Source of the DNA: a virus
Taxonomy: Duplodnaviria; Caudoviricetes
Length of the DNA: 59,060 bases
Strand: one strand, 5' to 3'
IMG/VR virus record: IMGVR_UViG_3300045996_002405
Location: 1 to 59,060 of that record
Part shown: one piece after another, positions 56,098-59,060 of the stretch
Layout of the letters: each line of letters starts with the position of its first letter
How positions within the stretch are numbered: position 1 is the stretch's first letter
Made by a program: the position numbers and the translations under genes
Notes under the pieces: model-generated
The model's database searches: none
The model's input: the letters and a program-made list of their open reading frames with translations, nothing else
Told to the model about the DNA's origin: nothing

Positions 56098-56348
56098 AGG
56101 GCGTCCCAGCACGACCAGAGCGTCGAGTCCTCGACCCCGTGGACGAGCTGCACCGGCATTCCGAGCACGGTCGGCCTGGCGCTCAGGTAGGCGTCCCAGT
56201 CCAGCGGCACCGGTCGACCGGACTCCGCCAGGAGCCCGCCGACCTGCTGACGGGTCAGACGGATCGGGCCGTCGAACGGCGGTCGGTGCTGCTCGGCGCT
56301 GCGCTGCGTCAGGTGTCCCACAGCGGTGATCAGCATGTTCGTCAGCAC
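56094..56348 (-). CDS. Hypothetical protein
   Basis: G-rich RBS before GTG; coupled to the zinc-finger gene. Confidence 0.5.
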   Translation of the reverse strand: MLTNMLITAVGHLTQRSAEQHRPPFDGPIRLTRQQVGGLLAESGRPVPLDWDAYLSARPTVLGMPVQLVHGVEDSTLWSCWDAL

Positions 56349-56491
56349 GGTCCCCCCCTCTCTGCGGTGGTGGTGGTCGTGTGCACGGTAGCTGTCCACT
56401 GCCGGACACAGCACGGGTTCGGATCATCCCCGCGCGCGGGACCAGGGCGTACGACCACCCGCGCTCTATGCTGGCCGTCGAGTAGCTGCTG

Positions 56492-56545
56492 CCGATCTGG
56501 CTCAGGGCCGGGCACACGATCCCGTAGGGGAGGTGTGCCCGCTTG
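56492..56545 (+). promoter_or_regulatory. Late-gene leader element, copy 3
   Basis: CCGATCTGGCTCAGGGCCGGG plus CGGGCACAC/GTGTGCCCG stem around the RBS of the TMP. Confidence 0.7.
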
Positions 56546-59060
56546 AACATCGCCGAAGCGATCGTCGAGATCATCGCCGACGGCAAGCGCTTCACGGCGT
56601 CGTTCCGCAACCAGGTCGGCAAGGCCGGTGCGGAAGCGGGCCGGCAGTTCGACGCGGGCTTCGAGAAGGCCACCGCGCAGACCGGCGCGAAGGTCTCCCG
56701 CGACGTCAACGGCCGACTGCGCGACGAGCGCGGACGTTTCCTCTCCGGCGGTGCGCAGGCCGGCACGACGTGGGGTGACGCGTTCCGCAACGCGCTCGCG
56801 TTCAAGCTGGCCAGCGGGGCGATCAGCAAGATTTTCGCGCCGCTCAACGCGCTCGGCAGAGGACTCGGGCTCGCCGTGGCCGGAGCTGGCGCCGCGGCGG
56901 CCGCGGCGCAGCTGCTGACGTTCGTCGGCGTGGCCGGTCAGACCGCCGGCGTGCTGCTCGCGATCCCGGCGGCCGCGCTGGTGGGAGCGGCCGCGCTGTC
57001 GACGTTGCGCGTCGCGACCTCCGGCATGAGCGACGCGTTCGCCGCCGCGGCGTCCGGCGACCCGAAGAAGCTGGCCGAAGCGCTCAAACAGCTCTCACCG
57101 GCCGCGCGGTCGGTGGTGGGCGAGTTCGCCGAGCTGGTGCCGCAGCTCAACGCTGTGCGCACGGCCGTCCAGGACGCGTTCTTCGACCAGCTGCAGGGCC
57201 AGCTGACCGCCGTCGCGGCGAACCTCGCGGGGCCGGTTCAGAGCGGCATGGTCGGCACCGCCGCAGCCGCCGGAGCCGTCGCGCTCGGGATCGCGCGCAT
57301 CGCGCAGCAGGCAGAGACCGCGCAGCTCGTCAGCGGCGTGTTCGACACCGCCGCCGGATCGATCGCGAACCTCGAGCCGGGGCTGCTCGCGATCGTCACC
57401 GGGTTCCGCGACCTCGGCGGGGTCGCGCTGCCCCTGGTGGGGCAGCTGTCGCAGGGGATCGGCGGGCTTGCGGTCCAGTTCGGCACGTGGCTGTCCTCGA
57501 TCGCCGGCAGCGGCCAGGCGCTCACCTGGATCCAGACCGCCGTCGGCACGCTGCGTCAACTCGGCGACCTGCTCACGCAGGTCGGCGGCATCTTCGCGAC
57601 CATCTTCGGCGCCGCGCAGACCACCGGCGGCGGGCTGCTGGGCACGCTGACCGAGCTGTTGCGCGGCGTGAACGCGTTCCTCTCCTCCGGCGAGGGGCAG
57701 TCGGCGCTGCAGGCGGTTTTCCTCGCGCTGCAGGAGGTCGGCGGGGCGCTGGGGCCGGTGCTCGGGTCGCTGCTGAGCGCGCTCGGTCAGCTGGCCGGCC
57801 CGGCGGCCGCGCTGGCTGTGGCGCTCGGACCCGGCATCTCCGCGGCGCTGCGGGCACTGGGGCCGGCTATCGCAGCGCTGGGTCCTGGGCTCGAAGTCGT
57901 CGCGAAGGGGCTCGCCGACGCGCTGGCCAACCCCGACGTCGCCGCGGGGCTGCTGTCGCTGGGGCAGGGCCTCTCGGCGACGCTCGCGGCGCTGGGCCCG
58001 CTGATGCCCGTGCTCGGCCAGCTCGTCGCGGTGATCGGCAACGCTCTCGGGCGGTCGCTGCAGGTCGTCGCGCCGATCCTGCAGAAGGTCGCGGAGGCGC
58101 TGGCGTGGCTGCTCCCGCCGATCATCTCCCTGATCGACAAGGCGCAAGCGCTGGTCACGGCGTTCGTCGGCTGGGCCTACCTCGACGTGCTACCGGCGGT
58201 GCTGGGCCGCATCGGTGATGCCGCGGCCGCGGTCGGGCGATGGTTCGCCGGGCTGTGGGACACGCTGACCGGGTTCAGCTGGTCGGACGTGACCTCGGCG
58301 ATCGGCGACGCCGCTGCTGGCATCGGCGGTTTCTTCTCCGGGCTCGGCTCGACCGTGCTCGGCGCGTTGCGCGGTGTCGCGTCGGGTGTCGCGGACTGGG
58401 CCTCCGGGCTCGCGTCGTCGGCAGGTTCCGGCGTGTCCGACTTCGTGGGGTCGGTCGTCGACTGGTTCGCGGCGCTACCAGCCCGCATCGGTGCCGCGCT
58501 GGCCGCGCTGCCCGGTCAGCTGTGGCAGCTGCTCGTCAACGCGCTGACGTTCGCCGCGACGGCGGTCGGCTACGGCATCGGTGCCGTGCTGGCCGCGATC
58601 GTGCTGCTCCCGCAGCTGATCGCGAACGTCCTCGTCGGGCTCGGTCAGCTGCTCTGGAACGTGCTCACCGCGGCGTGGACGTACGCGACGACCGCCGTGG
58701 TGACCGGGCTCGCTGCGATCGTCACCTGGTCGATCGGCCTCCCGGCTCGGATCATCGCTGGTCTGCAGACCCTCGGTGAGCAGCTGTCGGCGTGGGCGTC
58801 GAACGCGTGGACGGCCGGGCTCAACGCCACCGTCGCGGCCGCCGCGGCGATCGTCAGCTGGGCGATCGGCCTACCTGGGCAGATCACCGGCGCGGTGCAG
58901 GGCCTCGCCGGCCAGCTCTCGGCGTGGGCGTCGAACGCGTGGACGGCCGGGCTCAACGCCACCGTCGCGGCCGCCGCGGCGATCGTCAGCTGGGCGATCG
59001 GCCTACCTGGGCAGATCACCGGCGCGGTGCAGGGCCTCGCCGGCCAGCTCTCGGCGTGGG
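56543..59060 (+). CDS. Tape measure protein, N-terminal part (about 1037 aa in total with 1-723)
   Basis: Not in the ORF track because it runs off the end. RBS GGAGG, TTG start, MNIAEAIVEIIADG...GRLRDERGRF; Ala/Gly/Leu-rich helices. Confidence 0.9.
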   Translation, partial: MNIAEAIVEIIADGKRFTASFRNQVGKAGAEAGRQFDAGFEKATAQTGAKVSRDVNGRLRDERGRFLSGGAQAGTTWGDAFRNALAFKLASGAISKIFAPLNALGRGLGLAVAGAGAAAAAAQLLTFVGVAGQTAGVLLAIPAAALVGAAALSTLRVATSGMSDAFAAAASGDPKKLAEALKQLSPAARSVVGEFAELVPQLNAVRTAVQDAFFDQLQGQLTAVAANLAGPVQSGMVGTAAAAGAVALGIARIAQQAETAQLVSGVFDTAAGSIANLEPGLLAIVTGFRDLGGVALPLVGQLSQGIGGLAVQFGTWLSSIAGSGQALTWIQTAVGTLRQLGDLLTQVGGIFATIFGAAQTTGGGLLGTLTELLRGVNAFLSSGEGQSALQAVFLALQEVGGALGPVLGSLLSALGQLAGPAAALAVALGPGISAALRALGPAIAALGPGLEVVAKGLADALANPDVAAGLLSLGQGLSATLAALGPLMPVLGQLVAVIGNALGRSLQVVAPILQKVAEALAWLLPPIISLIDKAQALVTAFVGWAYLDVLPAVLGRIGDAAAAVGRWFAGLWDTLTGFSWSDVTSAIGDAAAGIGGFFSGLGSTVLGALRGVASGVADWASGLASSAGSGVSDFVGSVVDWFAALPARIGAALAALPGQLWQLLVNALTFAATAVGYGIGAVLAAIVLLPQLIANVLVGLGQLLWNVLTAAWTYATTAVVTGLAAIVTWSIGLPARIIAGLQTLGEQLSAWASNAWTAGLNATVAAAAAIVSWAIGLPGQITGAVQGLAGQLSAWASNAWTAGLNATVAAAAAIVSWAIGLPGQITGAVQGLAGQLSAW
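58802..59060 (+). repeat. 132-bp (44-aa) tandem repeat in the tape measure gene
   Basis: 58802-58928 is identical to 58934-59060; a diverged copy lies just upstream. Confidence 0.9.

Noticed and set aside
1-59060. tRNA genes, reverse transcriptase (DGR/retron), preQ1 riboswitch
   Set aside because: I saw no cloverleaf, RT motifs, template/variable repeat pair or riboswitch consensus by eye; a computational scan would be needed to exclude them fully.

Overview
This is a complete, circularly assembled, high-GC actinobacterial siphovirus genome. Bases 1-127 repeat bases 58934-59060, so the unit length is about 58,933 bp and the tape measure gene spans the join. The late arm (32969-59060 plus 1-6080) follows the Mycobacterium phage Rosebush / cluster B plan: ParB-like gene, 7-deazaguanine DNA-modification cluster (dpdA-like, queC, queD, queE, folE), terminases, portal, MuF-protease fusion, separate hexamer and pentamer capsid proteins, tail genes, a GH25 lysin and a GDPD-fold tail protein. 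I could not recognise a DNA polymerase, primase, helicase, lysin B or classical CI repressor. Instead there is a plasmid-like core: an HTH replication initiator with internal iterons and a DnaA box, a Xer-like tyrosine recombinase with a symmetric 11-6-11 dif-like site, and a Streptomyces-type transfer module (Spd-like membrane proteins, TraB/FtsK translocase, clt-like repeat arrays). The best overall reading is a conjugative phage-plasmid of a filamentous, non-mycolate actinomycete. Regulatory signals read directly from the DNA include an AACCCTAGGGTT palindrome on the -10 box of many promoters (candidate regulator: an orphan Phd/YefM-fold protein) and a thrice-repeated, covarying RNA leader that can hide the RBS of three virion genes. 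All family assignments come from motif recognition by eye, not database searches.
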